A stretch of 64,000 bases of DNA from Torpedo marmorata (taxonomy: Eukaryota): NCBI GenBank assembly GCA_977017645.1, contig OZ360220.1, positions 297,972,001 through 298,036,000 of the forward strand, read 5' to 3'. Positions 26,337 to 39,537 of the stretch are shown piece after piece. Both the position numbers and the translations under genes were made by a program. Every line of letters begins with the position of its first letter. The stretch's first letter is position 1. Under the pieces are notes generated by a model. That model was given only the letters and a program-made list of their open reading frames with translations, searched no databases and had not been told where the DNA came from.

Positions 26337-27175
26337 GCAGTGAAGGAATACTGTACACTTGCACTGCTGAGGTAGGTACCTGTGGAATAAGTATTTCAGC
26401 AGCTAAATGCTAAACAAAAAAAAAACACTCACTGTGAGTTGCAGCACACTCTGTAGACTTTGGAAGGTGTTTGAGCAACCTGTAGCCACTTCTGATGCTG
26501 CCCAGTCAGGTCTCCTTATATCAGCAGAGTGTTCCTTGAATAGTAAAAAAAGCAACAAGCTATCGCAGTGTACTCCTCGTCCTACTAGCCTGTTCAAGGA
26601 GACGCTTATGCTCCAATTTATGTTGGTATGGGATGAGATGTGTTACATGTACAATGTTGTCATTTCTTGTGTGCTTGATGACTGGAAAACATCAGGGCCA
26701 CTGAAGTGAAAAGCACACTGTAGTTTTGTGGTCCGGTGTGATTTCACCAGGAAACAATCACAATTCAGTCTACTCTGGGTAAACCTGAAATTGGACCATG
26801 TAGCATACAAACATGAGCACTACTCAATCCAATTTCTGGGCTTGTATTCACTCATAATCAACCCCCAGGAGTGTAGCTTTTGAAAGCACTACAAAAATAA
26901 TTTAGGAATATGCAACAAAGTCACGTGGTAATAATGTATCATGGCCAGTCCAGAATTTTATATCATGTGTTCACTTTGGATGCCCTTATCTGCAAATTGT
27001 AGAAATGTACTACAGCATGCAAGACACATGAAAGTTACCGGTAATCGTAAATGACTAGATTTATATCCCATCTACGTTTATTGGACAGCTGAATTTTTAT
27101 GATGCAGCATGCCTTTGGCTTGTGCTATTCTCCAAGCTTGAACATTCTTGGCAGGCCTACAGTTATCCTACTCAC

Positions 27176-27348
27176 CCCAGGAGACTTGCTGCGGTACTGA
27201 TTGGCATGCTGCTGAAGTAGATCTAGTGCCTTGGATTCAGCCGCTGGTTTAGTGCTTACATTGGGACTTGTGCTTGATTTCTCGCTTTCCTCTCGGCTGG
27301 ACATCTTCCCGTAAACGGGGTAGTGAAACCCTGGAGAAAGGTATGCCC
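27176..27348 (-). CDS. ZNF608: ZNF608 exon ([17 protein letters not shown]...[19 protein letters not shown])
   Basis: 173 bp, tccacag acceptor, GGG|gtgagt donor; phases fit the neighbouring exons. Confidence 0.93.
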
Positions 27349-27845
27349 CTGTGGATTGACAAGAGACATGAGTTTTGTCCAGCTTGGTTTTGAAGGGGGA
27401 TCTAGCACTCTAATGAGCTCCTTTCCTCTCCTCCTCAATCCTGACAAAACATCTCTGACCTGAAATGTGAACTCTGTTTCTCTTCTCACAGCTAGGACTT
27501 GATCTGCTGATTACCTCCAGATTCTTCTATTTTTTATTTTTATTTTAGATTTCAAGCATCTGGAGTATTTTTTAAAAAAGATTTTCAGCAATGGATTTTC
27601 CTGTTTGCTAGGTTACACAATTCCCAGTGCATTCATTGCCTAAACTAGAGGACTTGCATTGGTCATATTGTTAAAACTACCACCAATTTCTGTATTTCAT
27701 ATTTCTTTAGTTAATATTGATAAACAAATACATTATAATTGAAAGAAAGTGCTTATCAATTCTGTACTTTGACATCTGACTTTTCCTGTTCACAACATCG
27801 ACTATTATCGATCATCACAACTTCTATATTTTATTATCTTGTTAA

Positions 27846-28088
27846 AGGGCGGCACGGTTGGCATAGCGGTTAGCGCAACGCCTTTACAGCGCCAGCGATC
27901 GGGACCGGACTGGGGTTCGAGTCCCGCGCTGTCTGTAAGGAGTTTGTACATTCTCCCCGTGTTTTCTCCGGGGGCTCCAGTTTCCTCCCACCGTTCAAAA
28001 ACGTTCCGGGGGTGTAAATTGGGCAGCACGGACTCATGGGCTGAAATGGCCTGTTACCGTTCTGTATGTCTATATTTAAATTAAAAAA
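27846..28088 (+). mobile_element. Young V-SINE (HE1-like) ending ~17 bp from a ZNF608 splice donor
   Basis: GGGCGGCACGGTTGGCATAGCGG head, GGTTCGAGTCCC B-box, V-domain, CpG-rich. Confidence 0.88.
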
Positions 28089-28105
28089 TTTATTCCATGA
28101 CCTAC

Positions 28106-28514
28106 CTGGATAACTGTGCATCAGCACTGGAGACACTGCTCGATAGGCTGGGTCATATATCTGTGAATAAGGATTATAAGCGTGCAGATACTGAATGTAA
28201 GACTGATGCTGATTCATTGGTGATGAGACAGCAACACGAGCTCCTCTAGAGTCCTTTGCAATGACAGGAGTCTTGCGATCATCGCCTTTACTTTTATGTT
28301 CCTCCATTGACAGAGACTGGGATTTGGCCTCTTTTGGTTCCTCTTTTATGCTGCTGATTGTAACGGGAATGTTAGATATATTTCCCTCTTTACTGGAGGC
28401 CTTGGTTGGACTGTCTTCTTTCTGTTTCTTCTCTCGTTCAAAATCATCTGTTTTTTGCTGTTCCATATATTTAGGTTGGTAAACATAATGATGCCATGCC
28501 CGTGTATCTGGCTC
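28106..28514 (-). CDS. ZNF608: ZNF608 exon ([16 protein letters not shown]...[11 protein letters not shown])
   Basis: 409 bp, acacag acceptor, G|gtaggt donor; matches ZNF608. Confidence 0.95.
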
Positions 28515-29391
28515 CTGTGTATAAAGAGCATGTCACTGAGATTTCTATTTCCACACTTGATAAAACCTGTGCAGTAAATCGCTATACTGTACATTACACA
28601 TGCAAATATCAGACAAGCACATTTTAATGAAATGGTGTATAGATTAGGCTGATTTTAAAATAAAAATCAATCATGGTTATCTTCAGTGTATTAAAGGGAC
28701 TTTATATCTCATAGGAAGAGGAATTATCAGGGGAAGCTCCTCAAACCTTCTCGATAAGATCTGCAGGAAATAGAGATTCTTACAAGCTTTTTCGGATTTT
28801 TTAAATATATATTATATCTCTATGCAGAATAGAACCAAGAGCAATCCAGTTAATTTTGATAAGCAGCTCTTTAGAACCAGTGTCCTAAAATGTATGTGTA
28901 TAACAAACTGTAAAAATTCTACAGGTATTTTGGCATTGACAAAGGGTGGAACTGAAAAAGTGTGGTGATGAGGAGTAACACATAGTTTAAAATAATAACT
29001 TCAATAACATTTAGACATATTGTCACTTCCACATTTCGCAATTGAAATCATTACACATGTGCCCATTGAATTTTCATTTATTTTTAAATTAGAGTTCCTT
29101 TAGACTTGATAGTTTATTGGAAGACACTAAAACAAAGCCTAAGCATAGTTTCATCAAGCCATCATTCTCAAGCTTTCCCGGTCAAGGGACAGTAATTGGG
29201 AAAAGCAACACCGATTTCCCTCATCCTTTTCGTTCCTGCAATCAATTGCAATGCCTCTATCACTGTTACAGCTTTGTTGGCAGCAGAAGTCATAGTTTAA
29301 ACCTTTCATTTCCTATATTTCTCCGTTCTTATTCGACAGAACTCCCTCTGTCATCTTTTCCATTTGACACTCTTTAAAAATTATCATCTTA

Positions 29392-29810
29392 TAAATCATA
29401 GAATTCTACAGCATGGGCCCTTTCCACGCACCCCGTCCATCTGTGCTGCCTATTTATGCTCATCCCATTTGCCTGCAATAGGCCCACACGCTTCAATGCC
29501 TTTTCCATCCAGGTATCTGTCCAAATGCCTCGGAAATGCTGTGATTGTACCAAGTTACCATCTCTTCTGGCAGCTTGTTCCAGATATTCACCACCCCGTG
29601 TGAAAAACATCTCTTAGATCTCCTTAAATTGCTCCCCTCTCATCTTAAATGTATGCCCCTGTCCTGGGGGAAAACACTCTAACTGTGCCATTCATAATCT
29701 AATAAACCTGCACAAGGTCGCTCCTGAGCCTCATACATTCCAGAATAAATCCAGCCTACAAATCTCTCATAACCACAGTCTTCCATTCCAAGCAGCATCC
29801 TGACCTCCAA
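29392..29810 (-). mobile_element. Degraded CR1 3' end
   Basis: ATCATAGAA..TACAGCATGG tail, CAGCTTGTTCCAGATATTCACCACC..GTGTGAAAAA motif. Confidence 0.7.
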
Positions 29811-30053
29811 ATTGTCAATTTTTCATATTTTCTCTTCTTCCACGTATAATTTCGTAGGACAAATGCTTTGTCAGTGCCATTCAGAAATATCAGATTACCT
29901 TATGAAAATGCTATTACATTTATAAACCTCAACACACAAGCTTGAGGTTTATCTATTCAGTAACCATTTGGAAAACAGATAAGTAGATTTTATTAAAAAA
30001 CAGAACTGATAACTTTCACACTTGAGTATTCCTGACACTGTCCAGCCGCCCAC

Positions 30054-32541
30054 CTGTTTAAAGCGCAGGGTGGGATCCATTCCTGTCTGTTTCATAGAGT
30101 CCATGACAGACTTCATTTCTACCGCTTCCTTGATGAGCTGGTGATTCTCCATTTGTTTGGCTTTAAGCCCTTCAGTTGCCAGTTGCTGCTGCATCTGTGC
30201 TTTCACAACCTCGTCTGGTTTGCTGGTGATCCCAGACTTTGAGGAATCTGACAGCAAGAAAGAGTCCTTCCCCTTTGTGTTGTTTTTGTTTGGCTCTGGG
30301 GTGGAAGGGGCTTTTGAGATTGTAGCAGTTGGGATATTTTTCTGCTTTAGCTCTTCTTTTCCCAGTTCCTTTTGTTGGCCTTCTCCTTTTCTTTCATTGT
30401 CCCTCCCTATCTGTTGCAGTTTCTGCTCTGCAAACCGCTGCTCTTCGTAAAACTTCTCATACTGCTGCCTGTAAGAAGGATTTGTCATTATTGACTTCTG
30501 GTCAACGTAACACAGCCCATATGCATACTGTCCATAATAGAGAGACTGAGCAAGTGTTGGGTGTCTTTGTGTGATGACGGATTGGTGCTGAGCCTGAATG
30601 TTTACTGCACTTGTGTCGTTTTTCTTAACGTCCAAAACCTCCACCTTATCCTTCTTCTCAGTCTCTTCCTCTATCTCTTTTTTCACTTTCGTGCTCTGCG
30701 ATGAGGAAGTGTTCCCTGCTGTGGTGTTACTGACCTGACTGGGGTGCATGTAATTAGGGGAATAGTAAGGCTCATAACCGTGGTAAAAAGGTGAATGAGT
30801 CTCTTTGCTTTGTGCTGGCTGAGAAGAGGCTGAGGAGTGTGTTTTTACAACAGTGTCCTTGGAGGAAATGGTGTCTGTAGGAGAATTAGTCTTTGACCTG
30901 ATGCTCTCTGATCTACTGTCCGAGCCTCCGTCATCAGCAGCATCAGAAATGTCCGAGTAAGCAGGGCTGTTAGTTTTAGTAGCAGTCCCATCACCACCAT
31001 TTTGTGTTAAAACGTGCAATGGCGTCATGGGAGATTGTCCATTAACCAGACTACTGCATTCCAGCCTGCAGGCACTCCCGATAGAAGGGCTGGGAGCATT
31101 GTCGGTGAATGTGTAAACCTTATCAGCCTCGGCTTTAATGCTGGCCATTCTGCTCTCCTGAGAGTCACACAAACCATTCACAAGCACTTCACTCTTATTG
31201 AGATGTTCTTTTAAAAATTGTGCAGCCAGCTCTTTTGCAGAAGTCTTTAAATCCTCGGGTTTCCCCAGTTTAGTCTCCATCTTTGGGCTTACTGTCTCTT
31301 TGCCCTCTTTGTCTTTCAGTTTTCGCTTCTCTTTCTTCTTTTTATCCTTGAGCGAGGACAGGGCTGGGTTTACTGTACTCGGCTCTCCCATAATTGTAGG
31401 CTTTGGTTGAATAGGTTTCAGTGGTGGGCTCTTTGGAGTTGCCTGGACAACTGTTGTAGTGAGAGAGGGCAGCCCTGGTATTGTTCCTGCAGTGGTCGTT
31501 GTGAATGTAGCAGTGGGAATAGCAATCAGCTGTGGTGGGGGAGGTGCAGGAGCAATGGGTCTAGTTGTCTTCAGCTTCGATAACATTTTGTCCACTTTTC
31601 CACTGCTGTTCTTTTTGCCTTTTTCCTTTTCGGCCGAGCTTTTCTTATCTATCACCCCTTCAACTTCAAGCTTCGGCATTTCCGAAGCTGGGCACCCGTC
31701 AGGGACTGAGCAACTTTCCAATGCAGCCGTCATGTTGGAAATCACCGGCAGGTTACTCAGGTCACTGCTCAGACCTTTCTTTTTGCTGGTGTTTTTCCCG
31801 GACTTGGAGTTGACCACTGGGCTCTGAGCGCTGTTCGTGATGTCCCGGCGCCCTTTTGGCGTCCCTGGCAGGCTCATAGAAATGGGCGACGGTGGCGCTT
31901 TCACCTGCTCGTAAGTCAGCCTGGTGCCGGGAAGCAAAGTGCCGTTTCCGGGCTCGGCCGGCTCAACGCCAATTGCCACGTTATTCAGAGCCTCGTCGCA
32001 ATCTGACATTTTGTCTTCGAGGTCAGGCTCAAATTCCAGCTTGCTTTCGGGATCTAAATGGGCATGAGCCTGGTGGTAACGCAAGCCATTGATGTGCTTG
32101 TACTTCTTGCTGCAGTTTGGATGGGGGCAGTCGATCAGTACTGGGGACGAGCAACCCTGGTCTACAAACATGGGCTCTGGCTTCCCTTGCGGGGTAGTTG
32201 GAGTGCTTCTGGAATTTGTGCGAACCCTCTTCCCACACTTGGTGTCCTCCGAACTTGAGTTCAGGTCCAGCTCCATGGGAAGCTTGCTCTTCCTTTTATT
32301 GACAGGCGAGGGGCTGGTTTTCACATCCTCTGCAGTACAATTGGGAGGCGTCCTGCGACCGTTCGAGTTCAGACTGCCCCGCCGTCCTTTCCCGTTGGCG
32401 CCGGCCCTGTTCTTGTTTTGCATGCCTCTGGACTCTGTGAAGCCAGCATCGTTCATTGGAGCGTTCGCGACAGAGCGTGCCCTTTTTCCTCGGCCTCGGC
32501 TGGCTCGCATTTCAAGGTCACTTGTGGGTGATTCACAAAAT
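30054..32541 (-). CDS. ZNF608: ZNF608 large exon (2488 bp) containing the single C2H2 zinc finger
   Basis: [12 protein letters not shown]...[26 protein letters not shown]...[20 protein letters not shown]...[10 protein letters not shown]...DPTLRFKQ; ttccacag acceptor, CAG|gtgggc donor; closer to ZNF608 than to ZNF609. Confidence 0.97.
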
Positions 32542-32859
32542 CTGTGGAATGAAAACATCTCAAATCAGTATCAGCACGGACTGCATTGTATACATTGGAA
32601 GTCATTCAAAAGGAAAGGAAGTAGAGAAAGTTGCTTCTATGGAAGTTTAAATGAAGCTTTGACATGCCATGAGGATCCCATATACCTTGAGGATATTCTT
32701 TCACTGTTTTCAGTGACGGAAACAAGCCCTCCAGCCTACCACACCAACCACCTGACAAGTGTTTGCACTGATCCAACACCAATCTCCCAGCGTTTTCTTC
32801 TCCCAACACTGCTATCAACTTCCTACGACACGCCTCCATCTACACACGAAGAGCAGATC

Positions 32860-33000
32860 ATAATGGCCAATTAACCTCTGCAACGTGGGAGCAAACCCAC
32901 GTGGTGACGGGGAGATTAGGCAAACTCCACAAAGACAGTGGCAATTGAATCCAGGCCACTGGAACTGCAAGGCAGCAGCTGAACTAACGCACCACCATAA
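32860..33000 (-). mobile_element. Older V-SINE fragment
   Basis: GGCCAATTAACCT..AAACCCAC..GGGGAGA..GCAAACTCCACA.AGACAG..ATTGAATCC, the reverse complement of the V-SINE head and V-domain. Confidence 0.7.
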
Positions 33001-34084
33001 CACCCAGTCCTTTTTGTGAAAGTTGGTTGCCAATAATTCTCTAATCTTTAAAGATATAGTAGAACAAAAGACTGTCCATTTTCCTGACAGGAATACTGAA
33101 AGATAATGGATTAGCTCTGGCTCTTTAACTCGGTGAACTAGATCCAAAGCCAGTCTTGATGGAACAGTCCGGACGAATGATCTCTCCGTTGCTGTTAAAT
33201 TCCTGCGTCAAATGAGTTTGCCCAATTTCAACATTGGGATTGCCTCACAATGTAAGAGTGCTGGACACTTTGGCCGCTGCTGTTAAATTGGCTGCAATAC
33301 ATGGTGCTGAACGTGGAGAGATTGATCGCAGATAATCAATGCAATCCAATGGTTAAAATGACTAATGCATAATCACCCTATATTGCTAAATTGATAGGAT
33401 ATCCTTTAAACGTTGATGTGCTGAACAGTACAGAGCTCTGGTCAGGCAACACCAGAAGGAATGTGTCCAATCACAGAGTGAGATATGAGACCAAGAGCCA
33501 CATATCCAGGTAGTAGACTCAGAGGGCTAAGTCATTGGACGTTTCAAAAAAAACCTATACTAATCAGTCCTCAAGATATTGGAAATGGAAGCAGATCACA
33601 GAGGTGAGGGTAATTTAAAGTAACAAATGAAATGAAGCAGACAAAACCTAAGCACACCTTTATGCACAACTCAGAATACGGAGACAAAAATACAAATCAA
33701 GCAAAGAAACATATAGGACTTATGTAAAAACACATTTTTTTAAATTCAAAAATCTTTCAGGAGGCAGTGGACTCAAAATTAGTTCTTATAAAGGCAGTGA
33801 GAATATGTGATCAGAGGGTCTAGCAGGTTGAATTGCATCCCTATCTTCTTTGTATTAATCAGCCTTTCCCTATTTATTGTTGATTCTAGGATCACGTCGA
33901 GTATTATGCGCTCACAAAACCAGAGAAACCATCTCAATGGATGCAAGAGCACAATTTGACCCATTCGATGTATTTTTTGCAAGAGTTTTCCAAATGGTGG
34001 TGATTTCATTACACAGAAATCAAAGGTCGTCCTGCCATTATCCTGGATACAGCAAGACATTGAATAGACACAACATGGGCTTAC

Positions 34085-34172
34085 CTTGGGGGAGCCCAAT
34101 CATGCTTTGTGCAGTCCAGCAGTGTGCCTACATAGGTCTTATTTCGCCAGGTCACATTTACTACCAGGACAC
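34085..34172 (-). CDS. ZNF608: ZNF608 88-bp exon ([30 protein letters not shown])
   Basis: Brakeless/ZNF608/609 conserved domain; cttgcag acceptor, AG|gtaagc donor; absent from the ORF track. Confidence 0.95.
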
Positions 34173-35162
34173 CTGCAAGAAAACCAAGATAAAAAAAAGA
34201 CTTTAAAAAATGTTTCTTATATTTGGGACACATTTTATCTTTTCTCCCACAGCACACTTAATGCATATTTGTTTTCTAAAGCTGCAGCTTTGCATTCTTT
34301 CATTCTCTGGCTTCACTGACCTCCAGTCAAGACTACAGGAAATTGGTTTTTTTTTGGTGTGTAATCGAGATAAGGCTGACAGAAGGAAATGGTTCTTGCC
34401 ACGTCCTGCTGTAAAACAGCAACACTCACCTCTTAATTTTTGCTATTATTACACGTAATTGCTTTTGCTTGGCAATCTGCCAGCACACACTGAACCAGTC
34501 TTCAGAACTAAGAAGCTCAGCTTGCCGTGGGTAATCTGTGAGCTTCTTTCATTTTTTCTTTTTTGCTGAATTGGAAAAGCGAGGTAGTGGGGAGAGGGGT
34601 GGGGGCATGTTGGTACACGATTGAGGAGGGAAAGCCAACTACTTTTCCTTTCCAGAGATCTAAATCGGTCAATCAAACTCCTGCTCAAAGCTCTCATTTA
34701 CGGTTACTTGGTTCGGCCACTGAAATGCTGCCAGATAAAGGTTTCTTCCACGACCAAAATCAATAGAGTTATCTCTGCTGTAAAATGATTTGAAATCATC
34801 GTGTGCACAAATTGCTGGTACATTCTGGATGAAACAAAATCATGGTCTTCAGACTAAGATTTTAAAGTTGAACCTGAGGAGCAACATTATAAAAATTCAG
34901 GAAAATAATTAAGGAGTACTCAACATAACTAAAATCATTATTCAACCAATTCTCTAAAATTAGCTTTAATCCATTGGCTATCCTACATGTAATCTTGGTT
35001 TACTGGTGAGTAATTTTGTACAAATCCCTTATTGTTCTCCTGTTGATTTTACTGTAGTGTACAAAATATACAATGGCCATCCTACAGTAAAATTGACTGT
35101 GGGCTTTTTTTGTCTAATCAGTTGGAATTACATATCATCCCTCTTATGGCATATTTCTCATA

Positions 35163-36192
35163 CAGGTAGTCCTCGACTTACGACCGTAATTGCGACCGAA
35201 GGCGTGGTCGTAAGTCGGATTGGTCGAAAGTCAGATTCATCCTGCCGCGCATATCTGCTACTACCCCCACTACCATCAACATTATTTCCAGTTTAAAGCC
35301 TTGATTCCAGCTCTAGTTGTATTTACTTGGGTTCTGGTCCTAGCTAATTCAAGGGAAACCCATCCTTATGGAACAGCTCACCCATCCGAGCTCCTGACGC
35401 CCAGACCGCCTGCCCATCCGAGCTCCCGACGCACCAGCCACCCGCTCATCGGGGTTCCAGATGCCCTGACCCCCCACCCATGCGAGCTCCCGACGCCCAG
35501 ACCGCCTGCCCACCAGAGCTCCTGACGCACCAGCCACCCGCTCATCGGAGCTCCAGATGCCCTGACCGTCCACCCATGCGAGCTCCCGATGCCTCGGCCA
35601 CCCGCCCACCAGAGCTCCCGACGCCCCCGACTGCGGATCCTTGCCTGGGCCGCCCGTCCATCCGAGCTCCCGACGCCTCAGCCACCCGCCCACCGGAGCT
35701 CCCGATGCCCCGACCGCGGATTCTTGCCTGGGCCGCCCGTCCATCCGAGCTTCCCGACGCCCCCCGACCGCGGATCCTTGCCTGGGCCGCCCGTCCATCC
35801 GAGCTTCCCGACACGCCGAACATGTCTTCATTACCCATAATCCCCCACGCAGCTGGAACCGCTCAGCGTTTCCCTGGCGCTGGCAGAGCGGTTCCAGCTG
35901 CGTGGGGGATTATGGGTAACAAAGATGGCCATTGATCCCGCATTGAGCTGCCACTCCTGCCTGACGCCCGACTCCAATGACTACTTCTAACGAGTTTAAA
36001 CATGCTGCTGAGCAGTGTTAAGCTGTCAGCATTCAGCGTCGTCGCACACTTTATTATGCGATTTTTATGAACTTCAAGTAAATACTGTAATAAAGTATCT
36101 CAACATATATACAGTACTTTAATACAAAAAAAATCTTTGTCGTATGTGCAAGTGGACTTAACTCGCGTAGGTCGTAAGTTGAGGACTACCTG
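35163..36192. mobile_element. Non-autonomous Tc1/mariner-pogo (Tigger-like) DNA transposon with GC-rich minisatellite
   Basis: TIR CAGGTAGTCCTC(G/A)ACTTACGACC, TA TSD on both sides; tandem array at ~35380-35815. Confidence 0.88.
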
Positions 36193-36317
36193 TACTTCTT
36201 TCATATTTCTTCTCCCAGGAATTACTGGGGAAAGGTAACTCTTCATTCAAGGGCCAATTAAATTCATATCAGTATTTTCACACTTTCAGAACTACAGAGA
36301 ATTTGGTTTTTTTAAAA

Positions 36318-36615
36318 TGGAGACACAAGACAGCAGATGCTGGAATCTGGAGCAAAAAAAAACAAATGGCTGAAGAACTCAATGAGCTGACCAGCATCAG
36401 TAAGGAGAAAGGAATTTTCCCAATCTGTCCTGATTACAAAGTGCCTGTTCGGCTGCAGCAAGTAAGTGGTGCATGTGTACATTGTACAATGCATATGACA
36501 ATAAACCCATTATCATTACCAAATGATGCAGGGTCTCGACCAGAAAAGTCATCAATCCCTTTCCCCTCACCATATGCTGCTCGACCCATTGAATTCCTCA
36601 AGCAGATCTTTTGTC
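36318..36615. mobile_element. Older PLE-derived fold-back element (inverted tails, degenerate hammerhead ~36523-36552)
   Basis: Minus-orientation CAGATGCTGGAATCTGGAGCAAAA..GAAGAACTCA..CAGCATC arm, then plus-orientation TGATGCAGGGTCTCGACCAGAAAAGTC..ATGCTGCTCGACCC..TTCCTC.AGCAG arm. Confidence 0.6.
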
Positions 36616-39537
36616 TTTAAAAATACTGACAAATGCAACATGCTGCACTTTTTTCCAGTGAGAAATGTGAATTAATTTGCTCTTTCAAAGCAGATATTTT
36701 CAAAACTTCTAGATCTTTTCCGTACATATTTTATCTGGATATACGTCAAAGCTGGTTACCTTCACAGCCTCCATTATCAACAACTCCATCTACACTGAAA
36801 GTAACCACAAAACATCCTGCCAGCCATCCAGAAGGAAGGAAACTCCTCTAACTCAGGTCCCCAAAGGCTTATAAACGGAGCAACCCTGCAACTCAATTCC
36901 CTTAAGGCTGACAAAAATGCTGCTGCGGGGAGGACTCTAAAGACACAAGTTTTATTAAGTGCATTTTACTGGATGAGAAAAGTGATGCTGACTTGCTGCA
37001 AAACAATACACTAATAATGTGCCAGTATGAGCTTTTCTACAACTGCCCTACCCCTAATACACAATAAGCACTCCATCTGGCAAAGCTACGAAATGATGGT
37101 CACAACCCATGGAAATTCAGACCTTCCAGCTGCATCAACATTATTTACATCATTAATGCATTTGTATTGCCAGAGGGATTTTTCTCCTCCCTCCACCCAT
37201 CCCAGAGAGAGATTGCTAGTTCCAGTCACAACTGCAGCAGTGCAGCTGTGGTAAAAGAAAGAAAGCTAAACATAAATGTACAATTAAAATTTTCTACAGA
37301 AAAAGAGCTTTAGAATTTTTTAAAGCAGAAAGGGACAAGCAAGACCATTCAAGAGCAGGGCAATAAAATTGTGAAGACGAAAGAGCGGAGAAGACACTTA
37401 ACATTTGTCTGCAGTGAAAGCCTTTGTTTAAGCATCTCCCTTCAGGGTTACGCATTGCCAAACCAAAGAAGCCACTTGATTGGCTCGCTCCTGCTGGGAG
37501 CACTGAAAGCTGATTGGTCCTTTCTCAGCTCTGCAGTACAGAGCACAAAGAAATGGGTTCTTGAAAGAGATGGGTGCATGAAAGAAAAATACTGCAGCAA
37601 AAGTAAAATGTTTCCAATGACTGAAAATAATTCAAATGGGAGCTCAGCAAAGGAATCCTTGATTTTATAAAATATAGCAATGTTCGCTTCTGACATAAAG
37701 GCCAGCCTGCTTTTTCTGGAATCACACCAAACATGAGTCTAATGGTTGATGGTTCAATCGACCAGAGAAAGAGGGGAAAAAAAAAGGTTTGATCAATTGG
37801 AACTACTGCCAAGAACTGTGAATCAAATTAACCTTTTCTCTCATAGTCGCAGCTAACGATAAATCAACACCCAGGTCGCAAGCCGGAACCTTATCCAAAT
37901 CGAAGATTTTCTGTAGAAACCAGCAGAGCAGCAACGCAGCCAGCTCCGGAATTCCAAACATCCTCACGTAAACAGCCTCTGACCTTTTCCTTAAACTGCG
38001 AGGGGTTTAGTGAAGCATGCTGCAAAGCGCCATGCCTTCTTAACCACAGGACTCATAAAAAATTACACTGTTAAATTACAGTCATGAACACGGCACAGAG
38101 GCCCTGTCAGAGCTCCACTCAACACTTTCAATCTGTTAGCTCTGACAAATTTAGCAGCAAAGAATCCTTTCGTAGCATGCAGGCCAAACAACCGTAAATA
38201 CTCCTCAGTATTTAGATAATGTCAAGACAAATAAAGCTTTATGGAAAAGTGCAGACTGCCAAGTCTGTCCAGCTTTCTTCAAGGCAAACATGAACCGACT
38301 GCAAAAACATGTTTTTTTTTCTGGTGACTGACTGCACAAGGTAGTATCTGAATACAAGGTGAGAATTTGCAGAATTTCTCATTTGTGGAAAAACTCCAAT
38401 AGGCTCACTTTAAGTATGGCATAGTGCCCAGGCAAATCGAAGCTTAGTTTTGGATTAAAGTCTTTGTTAGTGTGCACATATCTGCTGAATGAACAGTGAA
38501 GCTTCTGCTCAAATTTAACAGTACCAAATTTCTAAGTAAACTGGCAGTGGGTGAGTTTGCCAGACACTCCCAGTTAAAAACGTTTTGACAATATAACAGA
38601 ATTAAGAGTACGCACAGTCCACCTCTATTTCCTTTTATATTTTCCCTCTTAATCAAGCAGCTTTTTTAATTTTGATGGTTAAATAAGGTGTGGGACCCGT
38701 CATTCTGGACTGGGTGCAGGTCAATGGGACTAGCGGAATAATGTTTCGGCACAGACTAGAAGGGCCGAATGGCCTATTTTCTGTGCTGTAGTGTTCTATG
38801 TTTTTTTTCTAATCACCTCAGCAACCATAGAATGGGAATGGAAGCATATCATCCCCTTGTTGGAAGCCCCTACGGACTGCCTAAAAAGGAAGAATAAGGT
38901 GCAGCCAGAGGCAACCCAACAAGGAGTAATCTCTCACAGTTTTGACCTGGCCACTGTTGTGATGGTGGAAAGATTTGAAAACATTGTTCTGCAGTACAAA
39001 AGAGCAACATATTTCCTGCTGCTTAATGCAGACTACATTGCAGCAGTTAGACTACACTTCAAAAGCCCTTCACTGGCTGTAAAGCACTAAGTCGCTTCAT
39101 AATTGCAAGCCTTTCTTTCCTCGAAAAAAGCAAACCTGCTTCAAAGGGACGGCTAGGCATTTTGTTTTGGACAATATTCTAAACCCCAGGGAGCTGTGCT
39201 ACCTGGGAGAGGCGGGTGTGAGGTTTCACAAGTAATAACGAGTGGATTTTGGGATTGCTCCACAATGTGAGAAGCAGTTAATTTACGCTCTTGTTGAACT
39301 GCTCCAGTCTAAGTCTGGATGGAGAGCCCAACATGACCCCTTGGAGGTCTCACAGAGTCATCGAGTGGTGCAGCTTAGAAGCCGGGCCTTTAGCCCACTG
39401 TCTCTGCTGACCATCATGCCTTTCTGTACTAATCCCACTTGCCTGCATTAATTCAAGTACCTGTCAAGGTGCCTCTTAAAGGTTGTTACTATTCCTGCCT
39501 CCGGCACCTTCTTTGGCAATTAATTCCAGATAACAAC

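Noticed and set aside
27870-28105. C-terminal extension of the 198-aa ORF
   Set aside because: Read-through past the donor into an antisense SINE; no evidence it is coding
29949-32558. 869-aa ORF as a standalone single-exon gene
   Set aside because: It is an internal ZNF608 exon; the ORF ends (MFSFH.. and VGGWTV..) are intronic read-through beyond the splice sites at 32541 and 30054
32089-32874. 261-aa plus-strand ORF antisense to ZNF608
   Set aside because: Shadow ORF of a GC-rich coding exon; no independent coding signal
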